From contig NW_027361788.1 in assembly GCF_039654945.1 (NCBI RefSeq), positions 32,488,001 to 32,552,000 on the forward strand: 64,000 nucleotides of DNA, read 5' to 3'. The position numbers were made by a program, and so were the translations under genes. This DNA comes from Dendrobates tinctorius (Eukaryota). Below are positions 13,301 to 25,300 of the stretch, one piece after another. Position 1 is the first letter of the stretch; each line of letters opens with the position of its first letter. The notes under the pieces are model-generated. The model worked only from the letters and a program-made list of their open reading frames with translations. It had not been told where the DNA came from and did no database searches.

Positions 13301-16300
13301 TTATTAAACAACATGTATGTAAGTACCTGGATAAGAATGAAGTGATTAAACAGAGTCAGCATGGGTTTGTAACTAATAAGTCATGTCAGACTAACTTAAT
13401 TTCCTTCTATGACAGAGTCACTGATTGGCTGGATCAGGGAAATGCTGTAGATATAGTATATCTTGACTTCAGCAAAGCATTTGACAAGGTATCTCACACA
13501 ATCCTTATTGAAAAAATGACTAAGTATGGAATGGACTAGGCAACTGTTAGATGGATTCATAACTGGCTTAGTGATCGGACCCAAAGCGTGGTCGTAAATG
13601 GCTGCACATCCAGTTGGAAGAATGTCTCAAGTGGGGTACCACAGGGTTCTGTCCTGGGCCCTGTATTGTTCAACATCTTTATCAACGATTTAGATGAAGG
13701 AATTGAGGGTAAACTGATTAAATTTTCTGATGACACAAAGCTAGGAGGGATAGCTAATACTAGGGAAGAGAGAGAGAGGATTCAAAAATATATAAAAAAC
13801 TGGAGCAGTGGGCAGCAACTAACAGAATGGTTTTTAACAGCGAAAAATGCAAAGTACTACATCTGGGCAATAAAAATGAAAAAAGCATATACAGAATGGG
13901 AGGAATAGAGCTAAGCAACAGCACATGTGAAAAAGACTTGGGTATACTAATAGATCACAGACTGAATATGAGTCAGTGTGATGCAGCAGCAAAAAAGGAA
14001 AATGCAATTCTAGGATGTATTAACAGACGCATACAGTCTAGATCACGTGAAGTCATTATTGCCCTCTACTCCTCTTTGGGGGGCATTTATGCACATGTAA
14101 TTGAAGTACATGTATCAAAGTACGAGGCAGTTAAAACATGGCAGTTTATACAGGGCAGGAGACAGGTAAGACATTTGTATTTATATACATCTACTCCCTG
14201 TACATTTGGAGTACAACAAATACATACCATATGCATTTGTGTAATTTATATCCTGGCCGCAGCATTCACACACATCCACCGCCCTGACATTAACTCTCTA
14301 CACTCCATCCATATCGGCCCCTCGCTCCTTTCCTCTCCCCTATGTATAGTACTCACGCTATTTTCACATTGTTAAATTGGACAGATCCAGTCAGTCCCAC
14401 CATTCAACATAAGAGACGCTCTCACAAGTCACTTATCCATCTGCTCACTCTTTCTATTCTCCTTCTCCTAGTCGCAGGAGACATTGCTCCCAACCCTGGT
14501 CCCTCATGTTATAGAAAGTCAAACCACCCAACTGCTACACTCATAAACCCCTCTAATCTTATTAATATTCCCTGCATGCCATCTCTCTTAATTGTGCACT
14601 TTGGAATTCTCGCTCAGTGTGTAACGAACTCTCCTTCATTCATAACTTTTTCCTTTCTAATTCTCTTAACCTTCTGGCTCTTACTGAAACCTGGATCCAG
14701 CAGTCAGACACTACCGCTACTGCTGCTCTTTCATACGGGGGACTACACTTCTCTCATACCCCAAGATCAGACAATAGAGCAGGTGGAGGCGTTGGTCTGC
14801 TCCTATCACTAAAATGTACCTTTCAGGTTATCTCTCAACTACCCTCACTAGTCTTCCCTTCTTTTGAGGTCCATGCCGTCAGACTCTACACCCCCTTCTC
14901 CATACGAGTGGCGGTGGTGTATCATCCTCCCGGCCCTTGTCAACAGTTCCTGGATCATTTTGCCACTTGGCTTCCACATATTCTCTCCTGTGACATCCCT
15001 ACCCTCATCATGGGAGATTTCAACATCCCCATTGCTCTTCCCCTCTCCCCATCTGCTACTCACCTTTTATCTCTAACCTCCTCGTTTGGCCTTTTGCAGC
15101 TTACTAATTCTCCAACGCATGAAGACAGAAACTCCCTTGACTTGGTGTTCTCTCAGCTTTGTGCAGTGGATGATTTTGTAAACTCCCCTCTCCCGCTCTT
15201 GGACCACAATCTTCTTTCATTCTCTATCAAGAACTGCCAGGCTGCTCAGGTCACCCCCACTGTCCAGACTTATAGAAACATACAGGCCATTAACACCCAG
15301 AAACTTATGAAGAACTTGCAGACTTCATTGGCCCCTATCTCCTCCCTCTCATGTCCTGATTCTGCATTGAAGCATTACAATGAAACACTTCAAAGTGTCC
15401 TGGATGAATTTGCACCCCTTATAAATAGAACACCACAATGCAGTGCAGACGGTGACAACCCTGGCACACCCTGCAAACACTTTTCCTGCGGCGGTGCTCC
15501 AGGTGCGCCGAACGTCTGTGGAGAAAATCCAATCTACACGAAGATTTCATCCATTATAAGTTCATGCTTAGAACATACAACACTGCCCTTCACCTCTCCA
15601 AACAAACCTATTTCAACACCCTCATCACCTCACTGTCCAATAACCCGAAACGTCTCTTTGACACTTTTCATTCTCTACTCAACCCAAGAGTACAGGCCCC
15701 AACCACGGAGCTCCGAGCTGACGATCTGGCCAATTACTTCAAAGAAAAAATTGACAACATCCGACAGGAAATTATCTCCCGATCACCTCATACCATGCAC
15801 TGTCCTCCCTCCCCCACTGCATCTAGCTCACTCTCTGATTTTGAACCAGTCACAGAAGAAGAAGTAAGCAGGCTCCTTGCATCTTCTCTCCCAACCACTT
15901 GCACCAGTGACCCATTTCCGTCACATCTCCTCCAGTCCCTTTCCCCTGCTGTCACCCCTCACCTAACCAAAATATATAACTCCTCTCTCTCTCTTCTGGT
16001 ATCTTTCCCTCCTCATTTAAGCATGCCATCATACATCCACTACTTAAAAAACCATCCCTCGACCAAAACTGTGCCGCTAACTATAGACCTGTCTCTAATC
16101 TTCCCTTCATCTCTAAACTCCTGGAACGCCTGGTCCACTCCCGTCTTATCCGCTATCTCTTTGATAACTCTCTTCTTGACCCTCTCCAATCCGGTTTCCA
16201 CTCTTTACACTCTACTGCAACCGCCCTCACTAAAGTCTCTAATGATCTACTAACAGCTAAATCAAATGGTCATTACTCCATGCTAATTCTCTTGGATCTC

Positions 16301-19300
16301 TTTGCAGCATTCAACACTGTGGATCATCAGCTCCTCCTCACTAGGCTCCGTTCCATTGGCCTCAAGGACACCGTTCTCTCCTGGTTCTCCTCCTATCTCT
16401 CTGACCGCTCCTTTACTGTATCTTTTGCCGGTTCCACCTCTCACATTCCCCTTACTGTTGGGGTTCCTCAAGGATCGGTTCTAGGCCCCCTCCTCTTCTC
16501 CTTGTACACTGCCCCTGTTGGTCAAACAATCAGTAGATTTGGTTTCCAGTACCAACTCTATGCTGATGACACCCATTTATACGCTTCTTCTCCTGACATC
16601 ACGCCAGCCTTTCTAGAAACCACCGGCGATTGTCTAAATGCTGTGTTTAACATCATGTCCTCACTATATCTGCAACTGAACCTGTCAAAGACTGAACTCC
16701 TTGTGTTTCCTCCCTCTACTAATGTACCTATACCCGACATTGCCATTTCTGTGTGTGGTTCCACTATTACTCCCCAGCAACATGCCCGCTGTCTTGGGGT
16801 CATACTTGACTCCGAGCTTTCCTTTGCCCCCCACATCCGATCACTGGCTTGCTCTTGTCATCTGCACCTCAAAAACATTTCTAGAATTCGATCTTTTATT
16901 TCTTTTGACTCTGCAAAAACTCTTACTGTTTCTCTTATTCATTCTCGTCTCTACTATTGTAACTCTCTTCTAATCGGTCTCCCTCTTACCAAACTCTCCC
17001 CTCTCCAATCTGTCTTGAATGCTGCAGCCAGGATCATATTCCTCACAAATCGTTACACCGATGCCCAGGGCTGTGGAGTCGGTAAGCCACAGTTGCGACT
17101 CCGACTCCTGGATTTTATCAGGCTCCGACTCCGGCTCCGACTCCTTCATAAATGGCCAATTCATAACAACAAATTTACTGTTGTAAAATATTAAACATCG
17201 TGCTTATTCAGTTTCTCACCATCATATAAGTAATCAGACCACTTAGAGCAAAAACTACATTTATTAGAATACAATTAGAATATAGCAAATAACTTTTATA
17301 AACTTTTATAAACTGTAAGTAAATATGCAATAAACACTTTTATGCAGTTAATAAGAAGAAATCTATAAATTTGTCCTCAGAAAAAGTATTGCCTCTGTCA
17401 GATCCTCCTTCATGGATGCCCTCAAATCTGATCTAATTATTTTGAGAGCAGAGAACAACCTCTCTACACTAACTTGTGTTGGTGGCAAAGCAGTAACCAC
17501 TCGGGCAACATCTCTGACAATGTCAGGATACAGAGGAATCGCTTGTTGCACTGTTATTTTTGATGAACGGTCAAATTTCTCAATTTCTTTTAGTGCACAT
17601 GAAAAATTCTGCTGAAATGTACTGGCTGTGTTCCTTGATGGGGATGACTCTTCTTCTAGGCGGGAACGCTTTGCACGGTCCTTGTGATCCAAATATTTTT
17701 CGAAATTAAATTCTTCATCAGTTGATGATGAGGGTGAAGATGTGGCAGGACGACCAAATTCTTCTTGTTCCTCCTGACTGTCCTGCAACCCTTTCATCCT
17801 TACTGCTATTTCAAACAGAGCTTCTTTTCCTTTACTTAGCTGTTGATCATCTAGAAGAATCCGATGCATTGGGTCTACATAAACAGCTGCCAAAAGAATG
17901 TTATTTTGTAATAGTAGCTCCTCTCTCCGTTTCATTGATGTAGCAATGCCACTTGCAATTAACCCTCCTCTTTGGGACAGGCGAAACATCAGGTTCTTCC
18001 ACTCCTTTAAGAAAATACCTGGAGTTAAGTCCTCTGCTTGTAATTTTTTAGTCACTGTAAATGGGTGCTCTAGCAATTTTTCCAGCTCAGTCACCTGATT
18101 CCACTGACTTTCATTTAGCGTCAGTTGAGGGTTAGCCATGTCTACAAGAAAGGTTTTCAGTTCAACCAAGCGCTGAATCATTAAGTAAGTACTGCCCCAT
18201 CGTGTGGCTTGATCAATAATTGCCCCTTTTCCAGCACGTCTCTTCAAAATTGAGTCAACTTTAGGGGTTCTGGCAACAGTAGCCAATTTTCTCACCTTGC
18301 CAATCAGTGCAGCAGCATGTCCTTCTTGCAGACTGTCTCTTATAGCCAGCTGTAGCGTATGCACAACACAGCGCATGTGATGAATGAAAGAACATATTGA
18401 CACAGTTTCAACAAGATCATCTAAACTATCATGTTGCTGTTCATCTGAAGCAACTTCAGTTTGCTCCTCAGTTACAATACTGTGTTCCTCTATTTCAAAC
18501 ATTTCTGTGTCTGTGGACCCAGAATGTTCTTCTAGCTGCTGGTCACCATCATTACTCTCATTCATTAGCTTAATAGTACTTATCATATTTGAAGCATTGT
18601 CAGTTACCACAGAAAGAACTTGCTCTTTTTTAAGTTCATAGTCTTGCAGAACCTTTTCCACCAAGACCTGGAGAAACTCACTGGTGTGATGAGCTTTGGT
18701 GTCTTTTACTGCCAATGTCTTGGTTAACTATTTCATTTTTGTCACAAACAAATCGGACATTGATGGCAAAATAGTTCACTCTGTGACGTGTGCAGGCATC
18801 CATTTTAAGAAACAGAAAGCGTCCCTTGAGAGTTTTTTTTATGTTCTTCCTTTTGTTTAAAAGCTTCTTCGATTACTAATTTTCTAATACTCTCTCTCTC
18901 CAGAGAAACACCAAGCTTGCGGGCCATTTCCCCATTCAGACACATAAAAGCTGGTCGTGAAAATAATGAAATAGGCATACTATCCTTTACAACAAGCTCT
19001 ATGATCTGTTTTTTAAATGTATCTACTGTCATTGTCACAGTAACTTTGTCACTGACAAAATATCTTGCAACTGATGGCTGCAAAGTTCTCTGCTCCTTTG
19101 TTTGGCTGGAAGAGCTGGGCACTGGTTCATTGGTTTGGATGCAGTCTCTCTCATCCACTGCTTTCAGTACTTCTGGATGAAAGCGCTGTAAATGTCTCTT
19201 TACATTAGAACTCTGGTAGGAGCATTTTTATCTTTGCCTGAATATGCACTCATCTTAGCTTCACAGCATTTGTTTTCGTCTGGATCATTTGTTATACACT

Positions 19301-22125
19301 GACAGACATAATGTTTTCTATCTTGAGTGATGGTGAAATGTTCAAATACAGCTGATCTAATGTGATGCTTCTTTGACATTCTCAGGTTTTTAATTCTGCA
19401 TTCACAATCCAAATGACAATTGTTTTTCCTAAAAACAATTGTACAAAATTATTGCCAGGTCGTACAACTGATATAGTGGTCAGTAATACTGTTATTATTC
19501 CTCATGTACTCACAGTTAACTGATGCAAAGTTTGTTGAAAGGATAATACTTCTTACAGTCTTCCTCTTCTGAGTAGCAGGCAGCTGTGAGATGCTTGGAA
19601 GACGCACACCTAGTATGATCTAGTCTAGAGGAGGAGCGTTACTACTAAGAATTTGCAACACATTTTCACTTTCATACATTGTAAGTAGGGGGGTTGGGGC
19701 AGCATGAGGTTAACCAAGTATAAGATTAGATAAGGGCAGTGGAGAACCCTGACACACAAGAAGTAAGAAATGTCTCTATCTCCAGCAGAACTGCTTATCA
19801 CTGTTGTTCATAGTTTGATAGAACATATATATTTGAGTAACATTTATAAAATTCATATGAAAGTTCAGTTATGAAATATTAATACATTTTTTTTAAAGCT
19901 GGTGTCGGAGTCGGTACATTTCTACCGACTCCAACCAAAACTAACTCCGACTCCACAGCCCTGCCGATGCCTCTACCTTGTGCCAGTCATTACACTGGCT
20001 ACCCATCCACTCCAGAATTCAGTATAAACTTATTACCCTCACCCACAAAGCCCTCCATGGCTCAGCACCACCCTACATCTCCTCCCTTGTTTCAGTCTAC
20101 CACCCTACCCGCGCCCTCCGTTCTGCTGATGACCTGAGGTTAGCATCCTCAATCAGAACCTCCCACTCCCGTCTCCAAGATTTTACACGTGCTGCGCCAA
20201 TTCTTTGGAATGCACTTCCCAGGTCAATACGATTAGTCCCCAACCCCCACAATTTTAAGCGTGCCCTGAAAATGCATTTATTAAGCAGGGCTGTGGAGTC
20301 GGTAAGCCAAACCTGCGACTCCGACTCCTCAATTTCCCTTACACCGACTCCAACTCCGACTCCACGACTCCGACTCCCACACATATTGCTTATATTTAAG
20401 TGAAAAATTTATTGTAGTACAATGTGAACCTCAGACATTTAATCATTTTTATGATCCAATAATCAAGATATTTAGATAGAACAAAATATATATTGGTGTA
20501 CTACCCGGTTTTCATACTTTTTGGTACAGATACGATATGGATAGACAGATATGGATAAATGGATAGATAGAGCAGATTTCTAATCTGCTTTTGCTATTGA
20601 AAACATTATCTATGAGCTCAAAAACCTTTCAGGTGATGCAGTTTTTTAAAAAGCTGATCTGCTTTTGCAGCTGAAAAACGTATCCTCAAAAAACACAGGA
20701 AAAATGCTGTGTGTGAATGTAGCCTTAGATCAGGAATATAACAGCCATTTATAGGACATTTCATAACTTTCCCAAACTCCTATGAAAAAATATTCAGCAC
20801 ATCCTGCATTGAATTACTGTACCCAATTTATTATATATTTTAGGAGTCGGAGTCGGTCCATTTTATACCGACTCCAACTCCGACTCCACCAAAATGAGCA
20901 CCGACTCCGACTCCACGACTCTGACTCCGACTCCACAGCCCTGTTATTAAGACTGGCCTACCGCTCAACACATTAACCTAACCTATCCCTGTGTGGCACA
21001 GTCAAAAGTTTTACCATAACCAGGTTCCCCGCATCATGTTCCCACATGCTTTATGCATCTATTAGCCCTCTGTGTCCGTACTGTTACACACTTAACATTA
21101 TGGCTGGTCCATACAATCAGGGCAACTGTTACCACCCACCTTTCGTGTCTACCTCTTTCCCCATAGATTGTAAGCTTGCGAGCAGGACCCTCATTCCTCT
21201 TGGTATCTGTTATGATCTATGTGATTATTGTTATGCTGTAATGTCTATTGTCTGTACAAATCCCCTCTGAAATGTAAAGTGCTGCGGAATATGTCAGCGC
21301 TATAGAAATAAAATGTATTATTAATTTATTATAGACCTCATCTGGATTACTGTGTCCAGTTATGGGCGCCACATTTTAAAAAAGACATCAACAAACTGGA
21401 GCAAGTTCAGAAAAGAGCGACCAGAATGGTGACCGGTCTGCAAACCCTGTCTTATGAGGAAAGGTTGCAGGATTTGGGAATGTTTAATTTGCAAAAGAGA
21501 AGACTGAGAGGAGACTTAATAGCTGTCTACAAATATCTAAAGGGCTGTCACATTGTAGAAGGATCAACTTTATTCTCATTTGCACAAGGAAAGACTTGAA
21601 GCAATGGGATGAAACTGAATGGGAGGAGACACAGATTAGATATTAGAAAAAACTTTTTGACAGTTAGAGTGATCAATGAGTGGGACAAGCTGCCACGAGA
21701 AGTGGTGAGTTCTCCTTCAAAGGAAGTCTTCAAACAGAGGCTGGACAGACATCTGACTGGGATGATTTAGCGAATCCTGCTTTGAGCAGGGGGTTGGACC
21801 AGATGGCCCAGGAGGTCCCTTCCAACTAGGCAGCAGCAGCACACAGAGGATTGTCAGGACTGGATACAACTGTAGCAAACCCTCAGCTGTGAGAAAGGGG
21901 TGAAAGCAGCCGTCAGGGCTCGCTGGGAGGTGTAATTATGTTGATATGGGTAACACTATTTTCCACATGAAGCAGGATGACTACACTGCCTCCTCTCCGT
22001 GTAACTGAACACCATGTGACTGTGGGCCCCATCCCACGATGCAGGAACAAATTCCTGTCCTTCACGGATCACACTCACCGTCGCATCTCACCCCATGCCC
22101 GTCTTCTTGCCATGTTCGCCGCCAT
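1366..22125 (-). CDS. PMPCA: Mitochondrial-processing peptidase alpha subunit, coding exons 1-4: 22125-22079, 4997-4795, 3451-3372, 1448-1366; gene continues off the window start
   Basis: Spliced translation [137 protein letters not shown] closely matches vertebrate PMPCA. All junctions are GT-AG with compatible phases. Confidence 0.95.
1745..2921. mobile_element. Kolobok/T2-type MITE (TTAA target, AGGGAATCTGTCACCCC TIR) containing a nested MITE
   Basis: TTAA on both sides, long terminal inverted repeats and internal palindromes. A second copy starts at 61862. Confidence 0.75.
2196..2795. mobile_element. PIF/Harbinger-type MITE nested in the Kolobok-type MITE
   Basis: TIR AGGCCCCGTCACACTAAGCGA / TCGCTTAGTGAGACGGGGCCT with TAA flanks. 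The paralogous host copy near 62350 has the empty site. Confidence 0.75.
3553..4320. repeat. Minisatellite of about 75-90 bp units (ACTGATCCTGAGTTACATCCTGTATTATACTCCAGAGCTGCACTCACTATTCTGCTGGTGCAGTCACTGTGTACATACATT), about 9-10 copies
   Basis: Direct tandem copies are visible. The last unit resumes at about 4706-4730 after a MITE insertion. Confidence 0.9.
4334..4702. mobile_element. Harbinger-type MITE inserted in the last minisatellite unit
   Basis: TTA flanks and degenerate inverted ends (GGAAACGCTG / CAGCGTTTCC). The satellite unit continues on the other side. Confidence 0.55.
5754..6720 (-). pseudogene. DIRS tyrosine recombinase, disrupted near 6470-6520
   Basis: [23 protein letters not shown] and FSKHY motifs. 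The N-terminal part ([11 protein letters not shown]...) lies in ORF 6475..8844 and is separated by a deletion or stop. Confidence 0.85.
7041..8408 (-). pseudogene. DIRS reverse transcriptase/RNase H ORF (455 aa open segment, stop before the rest of the MT domain)
   Basis: Motifs [52 protein letters not shown]. Confidence 0.9.
10588..14077 (+). mobile_element. CR1 LINE, 5' part: ORF1 (Zn-finger plus SGNH esterase) and ORF2 (APE endonuclease plus RT), frameshifted
   Basis: CISC..CHKC; GDSLLRG, VGTND, DGVHL esterase motifs (10922-11620); [51 protein letters not shown]. Confidence 0.92.
17066..19963 (-). mobile_element. hAT DNA transposon, full length, transposase with about 2 frameshifts
   Basis: TIR CAGGGCTGTGGAGTCGG at both ends and a perfect 8-bp TSD CCGATGCC (17058-17065, 19964-19971). 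ORFs 19200-19412 (BED-like), 18805-19158 and 17363-18715 ([26 protein letters not shown]). Confidence 0.95.
17363..19380 (-). pseudogene. hAT transposase, frameshifted; 450-aa catalytic and dimerisation part is open
   Basis: hAT hallmark motifs CxxH, TRW and the C-terminal dimerisation motif SVERLFS. Confidence 0.88.
20286..20943. mobile_element. Non-autonomous hAT MITE sharing TIRs with the element at 17066-19963
   Basis: Same TIR, (CCGACT)n subterminal repeats and a perfect 8-bp TSD TTATTAAG. Confidence 0.9.
21333..21826 (+). mobile_element. CR1 LINE 3' part (continuation of 10588-14077)
   Basis: Resumes AGACCTCATCTGGATTACTGTGTCCAG and ends with the CR1-type GGGGTTGGACCAGATG...GGTCCCTTCCAAC. 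Confidence 0.88.
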
Positions 22126-22357
22126 CTTTGCACTCTCACCCCTGACCTCTCCGGAGACCGGCTGTAGCAGCTGACTTCCGGCTTCCTGCCCAGTATCTGA
22201 CGTCACTTCCTGTGTAGGCGGAATCTGCGGCCGGTCAGCTGAGGGATGCGCTTCTGCGCTCCATGTGCGACCTCTGTAACTCTCCACTGCCCCCTGCAGG
22301 AGATGGGCGGCCCATGCTGTGCCCTGTGAGCTCTGCTACCCCGCACCACCCTGTGCT
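22126..22357. promoter_or_regulatory. Bidirectional promoter PMPCA/ENTR1
   Basis: Divergent ATGs about 230 bp apart in CpG-rich DNA. ETS site ACTTCCGG 22174-22181, CRE TGACGTCA 22198-22205 abutting ETS CTTCCTG, and a YY1-like AAGATGGCGGC over the PMPCA ATG. Confidence 0.75.
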
Positions 22358-25300
22358 ATGTCCGGATTCTCCAGGCTGCCCCCAGGGAAGAGGGGCAAGA
22401 CCCTAATCATCCAGGACGGTGAGTGTGGGGGGAGGGTAATACGACCAGTAGGGGGCGCACTCTGTGACATGGGGAATAGGATGGAGCTGACAAAACTTTC
22501 TAGTTAGGGTTACCCAGCCCACTTCAAAAACCCACATTAAAGGGGAAGTCCACCTTAAGATGACGAATCCGACACGGTTTAGTCCTGAAGTCGCTATGCA
22601 GTTACCTCACCTTAAAGGGTTTGTCCATTATTGGGGTCAATTGTTGTTTTTTTTTTATTAAAAATGTTGCATTGTTTGGCTTCCATTGCCAGCTACGCCC
22701 TGTATTACTGACTGCAGGATGAGCTAACTGACGATCCATCAGTGAGCTCGCCAAGACCAAGGAGTCTTATATTGTTTCCTAGACTTTGAAACAAAGTAGA
22801 TGCCTCAACCTTTTGGGGCTTCCATGAGATTTCTTAATTAAAGAGAGTTATGGGGGGGGGGCGATCGTAGCCCCTCTACATCCCCCCCACCTGTACAATG
22901 TGGGGTAGGGGGGTGCACCCAGCATGTTATCGTTGGAGGGGGTCAATCGCATGATCAGCTCCAGGCAGCTGTACTAGCAAAAAATGGTGTGATCTTCTTG
23001 GAAGCGAGAACGTCATTACCACACGCTGTAAAGTGAGACCTTACATTTATTATGCTTTACTTCTATGGCGCTATTATATTCCGCAGCACTTTACAGGCTT
23101 TTCTGCATTTTCTCTTGGTTTTTCTTGTTTTCTTTTTTTGCAGATAATGACTTGGATAATCCAGAGGAAGGAAATCCATTTTCTTTCAAGGAATTTGTGA
23201 AAAGCAAATCCTGTGCGTACCCCACTGGAAGAAACTGTGAAGGGGATTTTTCCAAAGTGAGTGAACTTAGACTTCAAGGGGTTGTCTCATATTCTTTAAT
23301 GGGTAAAATTAGGAAAAAAATGTTCATAAAAAATTGCAACTTTTTAATAAAAATCCTCTGTCCTAAAGAACGGAAAGATTTTTCATTTCATTGTTTACTA
23401 CTTGTTGTCTAGGTTACCGACCACCTCAGCAGTCTGTCACCGGTGGTTGGTCTCCCAAGCAAGGAGCGCGCGCTTGTAAGCTCTGATCTGTTAGGGCTGG
23501 ATCCTGCCAGCTTGATAGCCTCCTGCATAGTTGTCAGTTATCCCGAGCGCCACGCTCACCACTAGCATGGGGCCACGAGGCAGGGGAGCAGTGTGCTCAT
23601 AAAGGGTGATAATCAGAACATCCCAGCTGTAGACAATTTAAAGGGTTCAGTTGTCTAATGTATGTAGTCAGAGGAAACCCCCTTTAAGTACTCAAGTTTT
23701 CCGCTATGCTTATACCTCATAATACTGCAGTGTTGCCACTATCTGCCGTGTGAAGGGCTTGACCACTATGTGATCAGTTAGACTTCAGCCTCTGGGACCC
23801 CCGTGATCACGAGAATGCGGGCCCCTCGTCTGATGTCCTCTACTGAGGTTTTCCTGGTCATTCATTGTGCAAGGAGCCAAACCTGTGGAGCAGTTCCCCG
23901 TAGAGCACTACTTTGCAAGGAAACACTGTGACGAAACCCCTTCCTTCTGGGATCAGAACCAGCCAGCAGACCCCCGCCGATTAGTACCTGATTGATTACT
24001 TAGTAATAAGCCAGCATGTGGAATTTCGGGAAACCAGTCCCTTTAAGTGCACCCTCTGAACCCTACAGGCGCAAATTGTACTCGTGATGAAGAGTGCTAT
24101 CTCTCCGTCCAGCCAGCGGACTCGTAGAACTCACATTTCTCCACCTCTTAGACTCAGTATCTTGTAGTTCTGATTGGCCAGGAGAGGCAGGGTGCTGGTA
24201 TAGCTCACAGAGCAGCTTGATTCTGGGGACACTGTCCCTTTAAATCTGAAAACATTCTATGATAAAACTCATTATTTCCTCATTAGGAATCCAAACATGG
24301 TGCCACTCTCCTCACCGACACCCGGGAAAAGTTGACTGAGAAGTACCAGGATACATTTTTCAAGGACCCCACAGTGGCCAACGACCTCCTGGAGGATGAT
24401 GATGAGGAGGACTGGAGCGGCAGTTATCACCCCTCAGTGGTGGAGCAGACCCTTAATGTCAGCACTTCTCCGGACAGCATCTATAACAAGTCCTCTGTGT
24501 ACAGCGACATCTCAGGGGGCGATCAGTTTACACCATGGCGTCTCCCCGGACGTACCCCTTCTCCTGCTGCTGTTGATGACCACACCTATCCAGAGTCGCC
24601 CCTGCCCAAGAACCCCGCTGATGGTGTGCCCCTCCAGAACAAGCAGATGAGCTTTGAGAAGGTAGGAGGTGCTAATAAAGGTGTACGATACCTGCCAATC
24701 ATGCGTGTGTCCCAGGCCTTCCGTGCAGACCTGGGGATGGACAATCCCTTTAAGTTCCAGATCAGCACAAGATCTGAGCAAGCATGTTCCCATTCACCGA
24801 CAGCAAGCAGAGATCTGGCAAACAGTTTACAATTAAAACACAATAGTCTATTAGAAAGTTTTAGAACTTGTCCTTCTTCAGCCCCAGGAAAGCCTGTAAT
24901 ACAAAGCTTGTGTTTTTCTCCCAGATTTTAGAAGAAAATAATTATCTAAAGCGAAAAATCGAAGAATTCCGGAAACTTAATGAATTCCAGGCAGAAAAGT
25001 CAGTATCATACTTGCAAGGTTTGATTTTGCTTTCTTTCCCTCTTTTCTGTTCACTGCTTCTCATAAGCAGCATGCGAAAATATTGTGCGTGCACCGTGTT
25101 CGAGATTACAGCACACCCCACAGTGACGCCTCACAGCGCTGCAGACGATCATCGAGGCCAAGGAGGAAACTGCGTTAGTGAGGGGAGCTGGGGCACCTGA
25201 CAGGATTGGGACCGTCCTCAGGACACAAGCCATATCATTTACTTATCCGAAATCGATCTGCAGCTACGTGGTAGAACCCATATCTATCTACCTCTATCGG

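Larger units (their letters stand above)
14078..21332 (+). mobile_element. L2-clade LINE inserted in the CR1 RT and interrupted by two hAT insertions
   Basis: [37 protein letters not shown] motifs. L2-type 3' end TGTAAAGTGCTGCGGAATATGTCAGCGCTATAGAAATAAA plus a (TAT)n-like tail. The CR1 sequence resumes right after. Confidence 0.92.

Noticed and set aside
17363-18715. Domesticated ZBED-like host gene
   Set aside because: Bounded by intact TIRs and a TSD inside an L2, with upstream frameshifts, so it is a transposon copy.
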